Below, piece by piece: positions 39,261 to 48,042 of a stretch of DNA of 55,167 nucleotides. A model generated the notes under the pieces. It was not told the DNA's origin. It did not search any database and saw nothing but the letters and a program-made list of their open reading frames with translations. The translations under genes and the position numbers were made by a program. The stretch is from Deltaproteobacteria bacterium (GTDB lineage: Bacteria; Myxococcota_A; Polyangia; Fen-1088), in assembly GCA_033763315.1 (NCBI GenBank), contig JANRKS010000033.1, forward strand, positions 1 through 55,167, given 5' to 3'. The number at the start of each line of letters is the position of its first letter. Position 1 is the stretch's first letter.

Positions 39261-39303
39261 CGCGCGGCCAGCGCGGCGGGCATCGGCTATGCTTGGCGGC
39301 CCC

Positions 39304-40572
39304 ATGTTGTCCGTCATCTCGCCGCGCGATCCCAACTATAAAGAACGCCTTGCGCAGCTCGGTCGTCGCACGTCCGCGATGCCCGCGCACGTCGAGGCTG
39401 CCGCCAAAGACATCGTGGCCCACGTGCGCGCCGACGGCGACGAAGCGCTGCGGGCGCTCACGCAAAAATTCGAGCAGCGCACGCTCAGTGCCATAGAGTT
39501 TCCGCAGGCCACGTGGGACGCCGCACTCGCGCAGGTGTCCCCACGCGTTCTGGGGGCGCTTGAACTGGCCGCCAGCCGCATCCGCGCCTATCACGAGCGC
39601 GAACGCTACACGTCGTTTGAATTCGAGTCCGAAGGCGTGCGCTTGGGCTGCCGTTTCACCCCGCTAGATCGAGTGGGCATCTATGTCCCCGGCGGCAAAG
39701 CGCTTTACCCTTCCACCGTCTTGATGACCGCCATTCCGGCGCGCGTCGCCGGCGTCCGCGAGATCATCATGGTCACCCCCGGCCCCTCCACCGAAGCGTT
39801 GGCCGCCGCGAAAGTGGCCGGCGTCGATCGCATTTTCCACATCGGCGGCGCCCAGGCCGTGGCCGCGTTGGCCTACGGCACCCAAAGCGTGCCCCGCGTG
39901 GATAAGATCGTCGGCCCCGGCAACGCGTATGTCACCGCCGCCAAGCGTCTGGTGTTCGGCGACGTGGGCATCGATTCAATCGCCGGCCCCACTGAAATCG
40001 TGGTTGCCGCCGACGCCAGCGTGCCCGCCGCCTGGGTGGCCGCCGATCTGTTGGCCCAAGCCGAACACGACGAACTTGCCGCCCCCATCTTGGTGGCCGT
40101 GGGCAAAGACGTGGCCCTCGCCGTCTGCGCCGAGGTGGAACGCCAGCTTGCCCAGTTGCCCCGCCGGGCCATCGCCGAACGCGCCGTCAAAGATTGGGGC
40201 CTGGCCATCGTCGTCGATTCCGCCGCCGAAGCCATCGACCTCGTAAACCTGCTTGCCCCCGAACACGCCGAGCTCGCCCTGGAAAACGCCCGCGCCTTGG
40301 CCCCCCAGGTGACCCGCGCCGGCGCCGTGTTCATCGGCTCGCACACCCCCGAATCCGTTGGCGACTACATCGCCGGCCCCAGCCACGTCCTGCCCACAGG
40401 CGGCTCGGCGCGGTTCTCGTCGCCGCTGGGCGTGGGCGATTTCGTCAAACGCACCTCCATGATCGAATACAGCCCCGCCGCCCTGGCCGCCCAAGCCGAC
40501 GCCATCGTCGCGCTAACCGAGGTCGAGAAGCTGGACGCCCACGGCATCGCCGTGACGATTCGGGGTCAATAA
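39304..40572 (+). CDS. hisD: Histidinol dehydrogenase
   Basis: [64 protein letters not shown]. Confidence 0.97.
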   Translation: MLSVISPRDPNYKERLAQLGRRTSAMPAHVEAAAKDIVAHVRADGDEALRALTQKFEQRTLSAIEFPQATWDAALAQVSPRVLGALELAASRIRAYHERERYTSFEFESEGVRLGCRFTPLDRVGIYVPGGKALYPSTVLMTAIPARVAGVREIIMVTPGPSTEALAAAKVAGVDRIFHIGGAQAVAALAYGTQSVPRVDKIVGPGNAYVTAAKRLVFGDVGIDSIAGPTEIVVAADASVPAAWVAADLLAQAEHDELAAPILVAVGKDVALAVCAEVERQLAQLPRRAIAERAVKDWGLAIVVDSAAEAIDLVNLLAPEHAELALENARALAPQVTRAGAVFIGSHTPESVGDYIAGPSHVLPTGGSARFSSPLGVGDFVKRTSMIEYSPAALAAQADAIVALTEVEKLDAHGIAVTIRGQ

Positions 40573-40581
40573 TCGTATAAG

Positions 40582-40632
40582 TGATATTTTTGACCATAAA
40601 TTTGTCATTTTTTTGATATTTTTGACGTCAAA
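40582..40632 (+). promoter_or_regulatory. AT-rich operator region of the AAA-ATPase gene
   Basis: 13-bp direct repeat TGATATTTTTGAC at 40582 and 40614; palindrome TTTGACGTCAAA (40621-40632) ending on the A of the ATG. Confidence 0.65.
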
Positions 40633-42008
40633 TGTATCGTACTTCGCAGCGTCATCTTACCGAATGGAGCCAGCGGCATGATCGAAAGCCACTCGTGGTA
40701 CGGGGGGCCAGGCAGGTGGGGAAGTCAACTTTGGTTCGCCAGTTCGCCGCGGCGCAGGGCTTGACCCTTTGGGAAATCAATCTTGAGCAGCACCATGAAC
40801 TCGCACCTGCGTTTGCCTCCTTGGACGCCGCCACCATCTTGCGCGATGTCGGCTTGGCTTTGAATCGGCCGGGCGTTGGGCAAGGCCCGGGCGTTCTCTT
40901 TCTAGACGAAATTCAAGCCATCCCTCAGGCACTTTCCGCCTTGCGCTACCTCTATGAGCAGAGGCCCCAACTGCCAGTGATTGCTGCTGGCTCCCTGTTG
41001 GAGTTCACTCTCGCCGACGCGGCGATCTCAATGCCTGTGGGGCGCGTTGAATACCATTTCCTCGGCCCCATGACTTTCGAGGAATTTTTGCTCGCACGCG
41101 GTGAGGATCTGCTCGCACAGAGCTTGGAAGGGCAGAGCCACGAACAAAGCTTTTCACCTGCGGCGCATGAACGCTTGAACAGCCTGCTCCGCGAATATTT
41201 GCTCGTCGGGGGGATGCCCGAGGCGGTGGCAGCCTACGGGGCGGTTGGTGACTTCGCTGCGGCCTCGCGCGTTCACCGTTCCATCTTGTCGACGTACGCC
41301 GACGATTTCGGCAAATACACCAAGGGTATCGATCGGGATCGCATCCGCCGTATTTTTGAGGTCCTGCCCACCCAGCTTGCCCAGAAAGTTCGCTTCAATC
41401 GCTTCCACCCCGACTGGCGTGCGGCCGACATCCGTCGCTGCCTCGAATTGCTGATCGCTGCCCAGGTAGCCTCGTCGGTCACGCATGTAGATGCATCAGG
41501 GGTGCCGCTTGGAGCCGAAGAAGATCCGACCGTATTCAAGCTGTTCCACCTAGACGTTGGCCTAGCAGCCAACGCCAGTGGCTCCGGGCAGCTGTCCTTG
41601 GCCGATTTTCAATCAGGCCGCTTCGTCAACGAAGGCGTTTTGGCGGAACAATTTGTGGCGCAGCAGCTCTTGAGTACGCAGCCACCCGACCAAAAACCCC
41701 GGCTACACTATTGGCAACGCGGCGGATCCTCCTCGAACGCGGAAGTGGATTTTATTTGTGCTCACGGGCGCGAAGTGCTGCCCATTGAAGTTAAGGCGGG
41801 TGCCTCGGGAGCGCTGCGGTCGCTGCACCAGTTCATGCTAAAACATCCGGGCAAGACGGCGCTTCGCTTCGATTTGAATCCCGTCGGCGTTCGACAGGTC
41901 CAAACCGACGTGCAAACGGCGGCCGGCCCCAAGTCGGTTCACTACCGTCTCATGAACCTTCCGCTTTACGTGGCCTCCTCAACGTTGCTATCCGGTCTGA
42001 ACTTGTGA
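40632..42008 (+). CDS. AAA+ ATPase (AAA_14/DUF4143 type) with C-terminal PD-(D/E)xK-like domain
   Basis: GARQVGKS, FLDEIQ, AAGSLL, PMTFEEFL, GGMPEAV, LDVGL, EVDFI...LPIEVKAG. Confidence 0.9.
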   Translation: MYRTSQRHLTEWSQRHDRKPLVVRGARQVGKSTLVRQFAAAQGLTLWEINLEQHHELAPAFASLDAATILRDVGLALNRPGVGQGPGVLFLDEIQAIPQALSALRYLYEQRPQLPVIAAGSLLEFTLADAAISMPVGRVEYHFLGPMTFEEFLLARGEDLLAQSLEGQSHEQSFSPAAHERLNSLLREYLLVGGMPEAVAAYGAVGDFAAASRVHRSILSTYADDFGKYTKGIDRDRIRRIFEVLPTQLAQKVRFNRFHPDWRAADIRRCLELLIAAQVASSVTHVDASGVPLGAEEDPTVFKLFHLDVGLAANASGSGQLSLADFQSGRFVNEGVLAEQFVAQQLLSTQPPDQKPRLHYWQRGGSSSNAEVDFICAHGREVLPIEVKAGASGALRSLHQFMLKHPGKTALRFDLNPVGVRQVQTDVQTAAGPKSVHYRLMNLPLYVASSTLLSGLNL

Positions 42009-42075
42009 TTCTCTATGGGAGGCACTCCGTCGCCCATCCCCCACCGCCTCCCCGCACGTTCTCCACAGTCTTCGC

Positions 42076-42103
42076 TTGACAGCTTGACGGACTCGGTTAG
42101 ATT
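42076..42103 (+). promoter_or_regulatory. Putative promoter of rplU-rpmA
   Basis: TTGACA (42076-42081), 16 bp, TAGATT (42098-42103). Confidence 0.5.
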
Positions 42104-42127
42104 CCTCCGTCCTTTCGGAGAGTCGTC

Positions 42128-42442
42128 ATGTACGCCGTAATTCAAACAGGTGGTAAGCAATACCGGGTCGCTCAGGGTGAAACCCTGCGCGTTGAGAAAC
42201 TCGAAGCATCAGCAGGGGATAAACTCACGTTTTCACCCTTGATGCTCACCGACGACGCCGGTGGCGTGACGATTGGTAAGCCGGTGGTGGCAGGCGCCAC
42301 GGTTTCGGCCGAGGTTCTGGAACAGGGCTTGGGTCAGAAGATCATCATCTTCAAATACCGCCGCCGTAAGAACTACCGCCGCAAGCAGGGCCATCGTCAG
42401 CCCTTCACCTCCCTCAAGATCACCTCCATTTCGGCAGCTTAA
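42128..42442 (+). CDS. rplU: 50S ribosomal protein L21
   Basis: [14 protein letters not shown]...[16 protein letters not shown]. Confidence 0.98.
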   Translation: MYAVIQTGGKQYRVAQGETLRVEKLEASAGDKLTFSPLMLTDDAGGVTIGKPVVAGATVSAEVLEQGLGQKIIIFKYRRRKNYRRKQGHRQPFTSLKITSISAA

Positions 42443-42456
42443 AAAGGCGAAGTGTC

Positions 42457-42723
42457 ATGGCTCATAAAAAAGGTCAAGGTAGCTCGAAAAACGGCCGCGA
42501 TTCAAACTCGCAACGCCGTGGCGTGAAACGCTTTGGCGGCCAACAAGTTGTGGCCGGCAACATCCTGGTTCGCCAAGTGGGCAGCACGTTCCACCCAGGC
42601 AAGAACGTGGGCATGGGCCGCGACTACACGCTGTTCGCCCTGGTTGATGGCGCTGTGAACTTTGGCAACGCCAAAGGCCGCCGCGTGATCAACGTCGTTC
42701 CGGCCGCTGCGGCCGCGAACTAA
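42457..42723 (+). CDS. rpmA: 50S ribosomal protein L27
   Basis: [16 protein letters not shown]...GNILVRQ...GRDYTLFA. Confidence 0.98.
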   Translation: MAHKKGQGSSKNGRDSNSQRRGVKRFGGQQVVAGNILVRQVGSTFHPGKNVGMGRDYTLFALVDGAVNFGNAKGRRVINVVPAAAAAN

Positions 42724-42742
42724 GTCTTTCCGTTAGAAAAAC

Positions 42743-42786
42743 AGGGGCTGCCCTCCCGCTTCCGGCGGTGTAGGCAGTCCCTTTTT
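42743..42786 (+). terminator. Intrinsic terminator between rpmA and obgE
   Basis: AGGGGCTGCC...GGCAGTCCCT stem followed by TTTT. Confidence 0.65.
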
Positions 42787-42802
42787 CGTTTAAGAGCGCG
42801 CG

Positions 42803-43957
42803 ATGGGCAACTTTATCGATGAGGTCCGAATTTCGGTCAAAGCCGGCGACGGTGGCGACGGTGCGGTGGCGTTCCGCCGCGAAAAATTCGTGCCCAAAGG
42901 TGGCCCCGCTGGCGGCGACGGTGGCAATGGCGGCAACGTCATCTTGGTGGTGGACGAGGGCATGTCGACCCTGCTCGACTTTCGCTACAAGCACAATTAC
43001 CGCGCCGAAGATGGCATCGGCGGCGGCGTCAAAGATATGTACGGCCGCGCGGGAAAGGATCTCATCCTGCGCGTCCCGGGTGGCACCCAAGTGCGCGACG
43101 AGGCCACGGGCGCTTTGCTTGCCGATATGCGCGAACACGGCCAACAGTTCGTGCTGGCCAAGGGTGGCCGCGGCGGCTGGGGCAACATTCACTTTGCCAC
43201 CTCCACCAACCGCGCCCCCCGCCGTGCCGCCTCCGGCCTGCCGGGTGAAGAGCGCCACGCCACTCTCGAACTGAAACTGCTGGCAGACGTCGGCCTGGTC
43301 GGTTTCCCGAACGCCGGCAAATCGTCTTTCATCTCCCGCGTCTCCGCCGCCCGCCCCAAAATCGCCGATTACCCCTTCACCACCCTCGTTCCCAACTTGG
43401 GCATGGTGGGCCTGTCGGGTGAGCGCAGCTTCGTGCTCGCCGACGTACCCGGGTTGATTGAGGGTGCCCACGAAGGCGCGGGCCTCGGCCATCAATTCTT
43501 GCGGCATCTCGAGCGCACCAAGGTGCTGCTGTTCATGATCGATGTGTCGCCCGATCCCGAGCGCTACCCGCTTGAGGATTACGCCACGTTGTCCCGCGAG
43601 CTTGAGCTTTACGACCCCAAGTTGGCCGCCCGCCCCCGCGTGGTCGCCCTCAATAAGATGGACTTGCCCGACACCCAATCGGTCAAAGGCGAGTTCGAGG
43701 ACCACTTCAAGAAGCTGGAGCTACCGTTCTTCGCCATCAGTGCTGTCACGGGCGAGGGGGTCCAGCCCCTGCTCGAAGCTCTGTGGCATCAATTAAAGAA
43801 TGCGCCGCCGCTGCCTGAGGAGCCGGTCGTGCCTCTGTCTGCACTACCACGCCCCAGCCTCGAAGATCTGGAAGACGGCGACGCCGACCCCGAGGGTACC
43901 TTCGACGAAGGCTTCACTGAATCAGGCGACGACGCCCCAGCCGACGACGAGGCCTGA
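42803..43957 (+). CDS. obgE: GTPase ObgE/CgtA
   Basis: FIDEV..AGDGGDG, FRREKFVPKGGP, GFPNAGKS, YPFTT, DVPG, NKMD; acidic tail. Confidence 0.98.
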   Translation: MGNFIDEVRISVKAGDGGDGAVAFRREKFVPKGGPAGGDGGNGGNVILVVDEGMSTLLDFRYKHNYRAEDGIGGGVKDMYGRAGKDLILRVPGGTQVRDEATGALLADMREHGQQFVLAKGGRGGWGNIHFATSTNRAPRRAASGLPGEERHATLELKLLADVGLVGFPNAGKSSFISRVSAARPKIADYPFTTLVPNLGMVGLSGERSFVLADVPGLIEGAHEGAGLGHQFLRHLERTKVLLFMIDVSPDPERYPLEDYATLSRELELYDPKLAARPRVVALNKMDLPDTQSVKGEFEDHFKKLELPFFAISAVTGEGVQPLLEALWHQLKNAPPLPEEPVVPLSALPRPSLEDLEDGDADPEGTFDEGFTESGDDAPADDEA

Positions 43958-43980
43958 GCTTCCGCCCGCCCGCTGGTAGG

Positions 43981-44008
43981 TTGACTAACCAGTGGACTAA
44001 CGTACACT
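43981..44008 (+). promoter_or_regulatory. Promoter/operator of phd-vapC (leaderless)
   Basis: TTGACT (43981-43986), 16 bp, TACACT (44003-44008); GACTAAC direct repeat at 43983 and 43995; ATG 6 nt after the -10 box. Confidence 0.65.
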
Positions 44009-44014
44009 TGAGAT

Positions 44015-44242
44015 ATGGCCGAGATCAACGTTCACGAAGCCAAGACGCATTTTTCTCGTCTGCTTGCACGTGTATCCGCCGGTGAAGAAATCATAATCGC
44101 CCGAGACGGAAGGCCAGTGGCTCGGCTCGTGCCCTACGAGGCTCGTTCTCCCCGGTTGTTCGGCATGGACCAAGGGCTGTTCACCGTTCCCGACGATTTC
44201 AACGAGCCCCTGCCAGATGACGTCATAGCCTCGTTCGAGTGA
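44015..44242 (+). CDS. Phd/YefM-family antitoxin
   Basis: INVHEAKTHFSRLL..V..GEEIIIARDGRPVARLVP, VPDDFNEPLP. Confidence 0.92.
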   Translation: MAEINVHEAKTHFSRLLARVSAGEEIIIARDGRPVARLVPYEARSPRLFGMDQGLFTVPDDFNEPLPDDVIASFE

Positions 44243-44634
44243 TGCGCATCCTACTGGATACACACTGCTGGCTGTGGCTCTTGGCCGAGCCGAATCGATT
44301 TGCTCCGGCTGTCCTAACGGATTTGCGAAATCCAGCGCATGACCTGCTCCTGTCGTCGGCCAGCTCCTGGGAGATGACCATCAAGTTCGATCTGGGAAAG
44401 TTGCAGCTACCTTTCGCGCCTCGCGACTTCATCCCCTCCCGCATGCAGGCCTCGGGTGTGGCGCCGTTGGCGATAACTCACGAACACGCCTTGGCGGTAG
44501 GCAAGTTGCCGAATGTTCATCGGGACCCGTTCGACCGAATGCTCATAGCCCAAGCCAAGGTCGAGGACTTGGTGATATTGACTGCCGACCGCGTCTTTTC
44601 GAACTACGACGTTGGACTCTTGAGGCCAAATTAA
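44239..44634 (+). CDS. vapC: PIN-domain toxin, VapC family
   Basis: ILLDTH, SSWEMTIK, HRDPFDRMLIAQA, LTAD. Confidence 0.93.
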   Translation: MMRILLDTHCWLWLLAEPNRFAPAVLTDLRNPAHDLLLSSASSWEMTIKFDLGKLQLPFAPRDFIPSRMQASGVAPLAITHEHALAVGKLPNVHRDPFDRMLIAQAKVEDLVILTADRVFSNYDVGLLRPN

Positions 44635-44881
44635 AGACGCAACCCTGGGCCGAACCCACCCAATCCCCGGCGCCGCCCCAACGAAAACTTCACCGGCGCA
44701 AAGCGCAACGAGTTCTGGTATTATCGCCCCGCCTCGGTTTTTGGGGGCATTTCACGGTGATGATTGGTCGGGTACGGGAACAACTTTGACGAGCCTTCAT
44801 GACTCCTGGTACAAAGGGAAACCTTTCGGGACTGAAGGTGAGGCGCATCTGCGCCTACGACTTAAAAAGAGGGCCTTTTTG

Positions 44882-45706
44882 ATGAAGATTTTTCCTTCTC
44901 GTGGTGTGGTTTTTGGGGTGCTGATGGCCGTGGCGATGGCTTCGCCTGCCGCAGCTCAACAGGCGGGTGCGAAAGCGGCCCCCACAGCGGCGGCCTCGGC
45001 CACGGGAACCACCGGGGCCACGACGGCCACGGGCACAACGGCGGCCCCTTCAGCCACGGGCGCTCCAACGGCCACGGGCGCTCCTGCGGCTCCGGCCACC
45101 GGCACCGCGGTCCCCGCATCCACCAGCACCCCCGCCGACGGCGGCGCTTATACGGTCCGCCTGCGTTCGCTTGAGCGCAACGTCAACGAACTCAAAGAGC
45201 AGGTCTTTATGACCAAGCGGCGCCTCAACCTCCTCAAGGAAACGGTTTTGGGCGGCACGATTGGCGCTTCACGCGCGGTCATCAAGCACAAGAGCGAGAT
45301 GGGTTCGTCCTTCCGCCTGATCAAGGCCACTTACGCGATGGACGGCGTGCAGATCCTCAACAAAGCCGATGATTCCGGCCACTTGGCCGACATGCCCGAG
45401 TTCGACGTCTACAACGGCGCCATTCAGCCGGGCAACCACACTCTCACTGTGGGCCTGGTATACCAAGGTTCGGGCTTCGGCGTGTTCAGCTACCTCAAGA
45501 GCTACAAGTTCAACGTCAAGTCCAGCCACACATTTGTGGCGGGCGAAGGCAAAGCCACCGTGGTCACCGTGGTCGGTTACGAAAAGGGCGGTCTCACCAC
45601 AAACATGGAAGACAAGCCTGCCGTTGAGTTCCGCGTGAACTTGGTCGCTCCTGAAGGCGCGCCGAAAACCGCTTCCGCGCCGGCCTCCACCGAGACCAAA
45701 AAATAA
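44882..45706 (+). CDS. Secreted protein: Ala/Thr-rich linker, coiled coil and beta-rich domain; first gene of the Glt-like operon
   Basis: Signal peptide ending PAAA-QQ, TATG-type repeats, LRSLERNVNELKEQV coiled coil, alternating beta-strand pattern. Confidence 0.8.
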   Translation: MKIFPSRGVVFGVLMAVAMASPAAAQQAGAKAAPTAAASATGTTGATTATGTTAAPSATGAPTATGAPAAPATGTAVPASTSTPADGGAYTVRLRSLERNVNELKEQVFMTKRRLNLLKETVLGGTIGASRAVIKHKSEMGSSFRLIKATYAMDGVQILNKADDSGHLADMPEFDVYNGAIQPGNHTLTVGLVYQGSGFGVFSYLKSYKFNVKSSHTFVAGEGKATVVTVVGYEKGGLTTNMEDKPAVEFRVNLVAPEGAPKTASAPASTETKK

Positions 45707-45732
45707 CCCGCCCAACCAAGGGAACCGTTCGG

Positions 45733-48042
45733 ATGACACCTAGCAAAACCGCCATCGCTGTGGTCGGCCTGCTGGCCTTCGCCGGCCCAACCGGGCTTGG
45801 CGGCGGGCGGGCTCTCGCCGACGACGTCGATCAAGCCAACGCCACATTGGGTGTCATGGAAGACACTGTTCGACGCCTGTCGAGCAGCTTCCGTGAAAAC
45901 GCGCCCCCCGAGGCCAACATTGCCGAGCGCCGCCTGGTCGACGCGCAAACTCAGTTCGAGCTCAAGAACTATGGCGAGGCCGCCACGCTTTTGTTCGATG
46001 TGATCGAGCGTTTCCCCGACACGCGCGTCTACGACGAAGCGTTGGTGTTGATGGGCGAAAGCTTGTTCATCTCGCGCGACCTGTTGGGCGCGCAACGCTA
46101 CTTCCAAAAGGCCGTCGAGAAGAAGAACAGCTCGCGCGCCGAGCAGCAGGCTCTTCAGCGCCTGGTTGAAATTGCCTTGCGCACAGGCGATCTCGAGGGA
46201 ATCGATCAGTACCTCACGCGCCTGGCCGACATTCCGCCCGCGCAACTTGAACCTTCCGTGCCGTACGTGCGCGGCAAGTTCCTGTTCTTCCGCGACCGGG
46301 GTGACGAAGCGGAAAAAGTTTTCAACTCGATCTCACCCGAGAACCCCTACTACCTGCAATCGCGGTATTTGTTGGCCACCGTGTTCGTCAAGCGTGGCGA
46401 TTTGGCCACCGCGGCCACGGGCTTCGACAACGTCCTGAAGCTGCAGCCGAAGAACGAATCGGATCGCGAGATTCAAGAACTGGCGCGTCTGGCCTTGGGC
46501 CGCATCTATTTCGATCGCGGGCAACTTGATCAAGCCAAGGCGATGTATGTCTCGCTGGATCGCCAATCAAAGTATTTTGCTGACGCCATGTACGAGTCTG
46601 CGTGGACGGCCATCAAGGCCGGCGATTTCAAAACCGCCTACCGCGCCCTCGATTTGCTTCTCCTGCAGGATCCCGATAGCCCGCGCGCCCCTGAGCTGCG
46701 CCTCCTGATGGGCAACCTGAACTTGCGCCTGTCGAACTTCTATGTGGCCAGCGACACCTTCAGCAAGACCCGCGAAGAGTTCGAGCCCGTTTACCAAGAG
46801 CTCACCAAGACCCTTGAACGCTCATCCAACGATCCCGCTTACTTTCAAACCCTGGTTGGGCAGGATCTGTCCAAGTTCGACATTTCCGTGTTCGTGCCTG
46901 GCTCCGCTGCCAAATGGGTCAAGGGCGAGCCTGAAGTCGAGCGCGTGGTGGTGTTGGCTTCGGATGTCACCGAGATCCGCAAAGGCATCACCGAATCTGA
47001 AGATCTAATTCATCGCTTGGACGTGGCTGTGGGCGGGCAGGGCAAGGTGGGCATCTTCCCGGATCTCGCGGATGTGCGCACCCAATCCTCTGAAGTTCTG
47101 AACAAGACGATGGACGTTCGCCGGCGCTTCGCGGCTTCACTTCGCAAGCAAGCCGATCCGTATCTGAGCGCCGAAGACAAAGCCGCGTTGGCCCGCAACG
47201 ACGAAGAGCGGGGCAACCTAGAAACTCAACTCAAAGACTTGCCTTTGACCGCAGAGGATCTGAAGAAGCGCGACCGCGGCACGCAGGGTCAGTTGTCGGT
47301 CCTCGACGCACGGTCCTCCGAAGTGAATGTCATGATTCAGGGGCTCGAAGCCGAACTCGTAGCGATCGAGACCTACTACCAGCAATCGAAGAACGAACAG
47401 AAGATCTCGCTCGAAGATGTGAAATCTCAGTCTGTCGAGATCCGCAAAACCATCGACGAGCTGCGCAGCAAGAACACCGTGATCCGCACCGAAATCGAAG
47501 ACGCCAGCCGCCAAAACACGGCCGCAGGCGCCGCCGGCGAAGGTGAACGATACGCGGTCATGCGCTTGTCTCAGCTGATCGCCGAGGAGGCCGATATTCT
47601 CCGAAACGCCCGCGAGAAATTGCCCTCCAACGATCGCTCCACTTTTGACCGTCAACTGGCCGTGTTATCGCGCGCTGATGGCGTTCAGCAAAGCGTCACT
47701 ATGTTTGACGACAGGGTGGATAAGGTCGCCGAAGGCCGCTTGGAAAAGCTGCGCACCGGTCTTGAAACCGAACGCAACAACCTCAAATCGGCGGCAGACA
47801 AGCTCACCTCACTCACAACGGAATCACAGGATGTGGGTGGCGGCCTCGCACAAACGATCGTCGGTCGCGTGAAAGATCGCTTCTACGAAGTGGTGGTTCA
47901 GTCCGACGTGGGGCTCATCGACGTGGCCTGGGGCCTCAAGGACGATAAGACTCAGAAGCTGTCGAAGCTCATCAACCAGCAGAAGAACGAGCTCAAAGCG
48001 CTCGACGAAGACTTCCGCGGCATTCTTGAGGAAGAAAAATGA
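45733..48042 (+). CDS. Exported TPR plus coiled-coil protein (GltC-like)
   Basis: Signal peptide, TPRs (ELARLALGRIYFD, YFADAMYESAW) and long coiled-coil C-terminus; position upstream of the GltD-like gene. Confidence 0.75.
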   Translation: MTPSKTAIAVVGLLAFAGPTGLGGGRALADDVDQANATLGVMEDTVRRLSSSFRENAPPEANIAERRLVDAQTQFELKNYGEAATLLFDVIERFPDTRVYDEALVLMGESLFISRDLLGAQRYFQKAVEKKNSSRAEQQALQRLVEIALRTGDLEGIDQYLTRLADIPPAQLEPSVPYVRGKFLFFRDRGDEAEKVFNSISPENPYYLQSRYLLATVFVKRGDLATAATGFDNVLKLQPKNESDREIQELARLALGRIYFDRGQLDQAKAMYVSLDRQSKYFADAMYESAWTAIKAGDFKTAYRALDLLLLQDPDSPRAPELRLLMGNLNLRLSNFYVASDTFSKTREEFEPVYQELTKTLERSSNDPAYFQTLVGQDLSKFDISVFVPGSAAKWVKGEPEVERVVVLASDVTEIRKGITESEDLIHRLDVAVGGQGKVGIFPDLADVRTQSSEVLNKTMDVRRRFAASLRKQADPYLSAEDKAALARNDEERGNLETQLKDLPLTAEDLKKRDRGTQGQLSVLDARSSEVNVMIQGLEAELVAIETYYQQSKNEQKISLEDVKSQSVEIRKTIDELRSKNTVIRTEIEDASRQNTAAGAAGEGERYAVMRLSQLIAEEADILRNAREKLPSNDRSTFDRQLAVLSRADGVQQSVTMFDDRVDKVAEGRLEKLRTGLETERNNLKSAADKLTSLTTESQDVGGGLAQTIVGRVKDRFYEVVVQSDVGLIDVAWGLKDDKTQKLSKLINQQKNELKALDEDFRGILEEEK

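Noticed and set aside
42689-43705. 338-aa minus-strand ORF
   Set aside because: Antisense shadow of obgE with no recognisable motif.
44804-44840. Call as a c-di-GMP-I (GEMM) riboswitch
   Set aside because: Has a GAAA-capped stem but lacks the GGCAAA and GACGCAAA consensus; kept only as an unassigned structured leader.
44990-45130. GGCCACGGG-type repeats resembling an array
   Set aside because: In-frame Ala/Thr/Gly linker of a secreted protein; no constant repeat-spacer structure and no cas genes, so not CRISPR.
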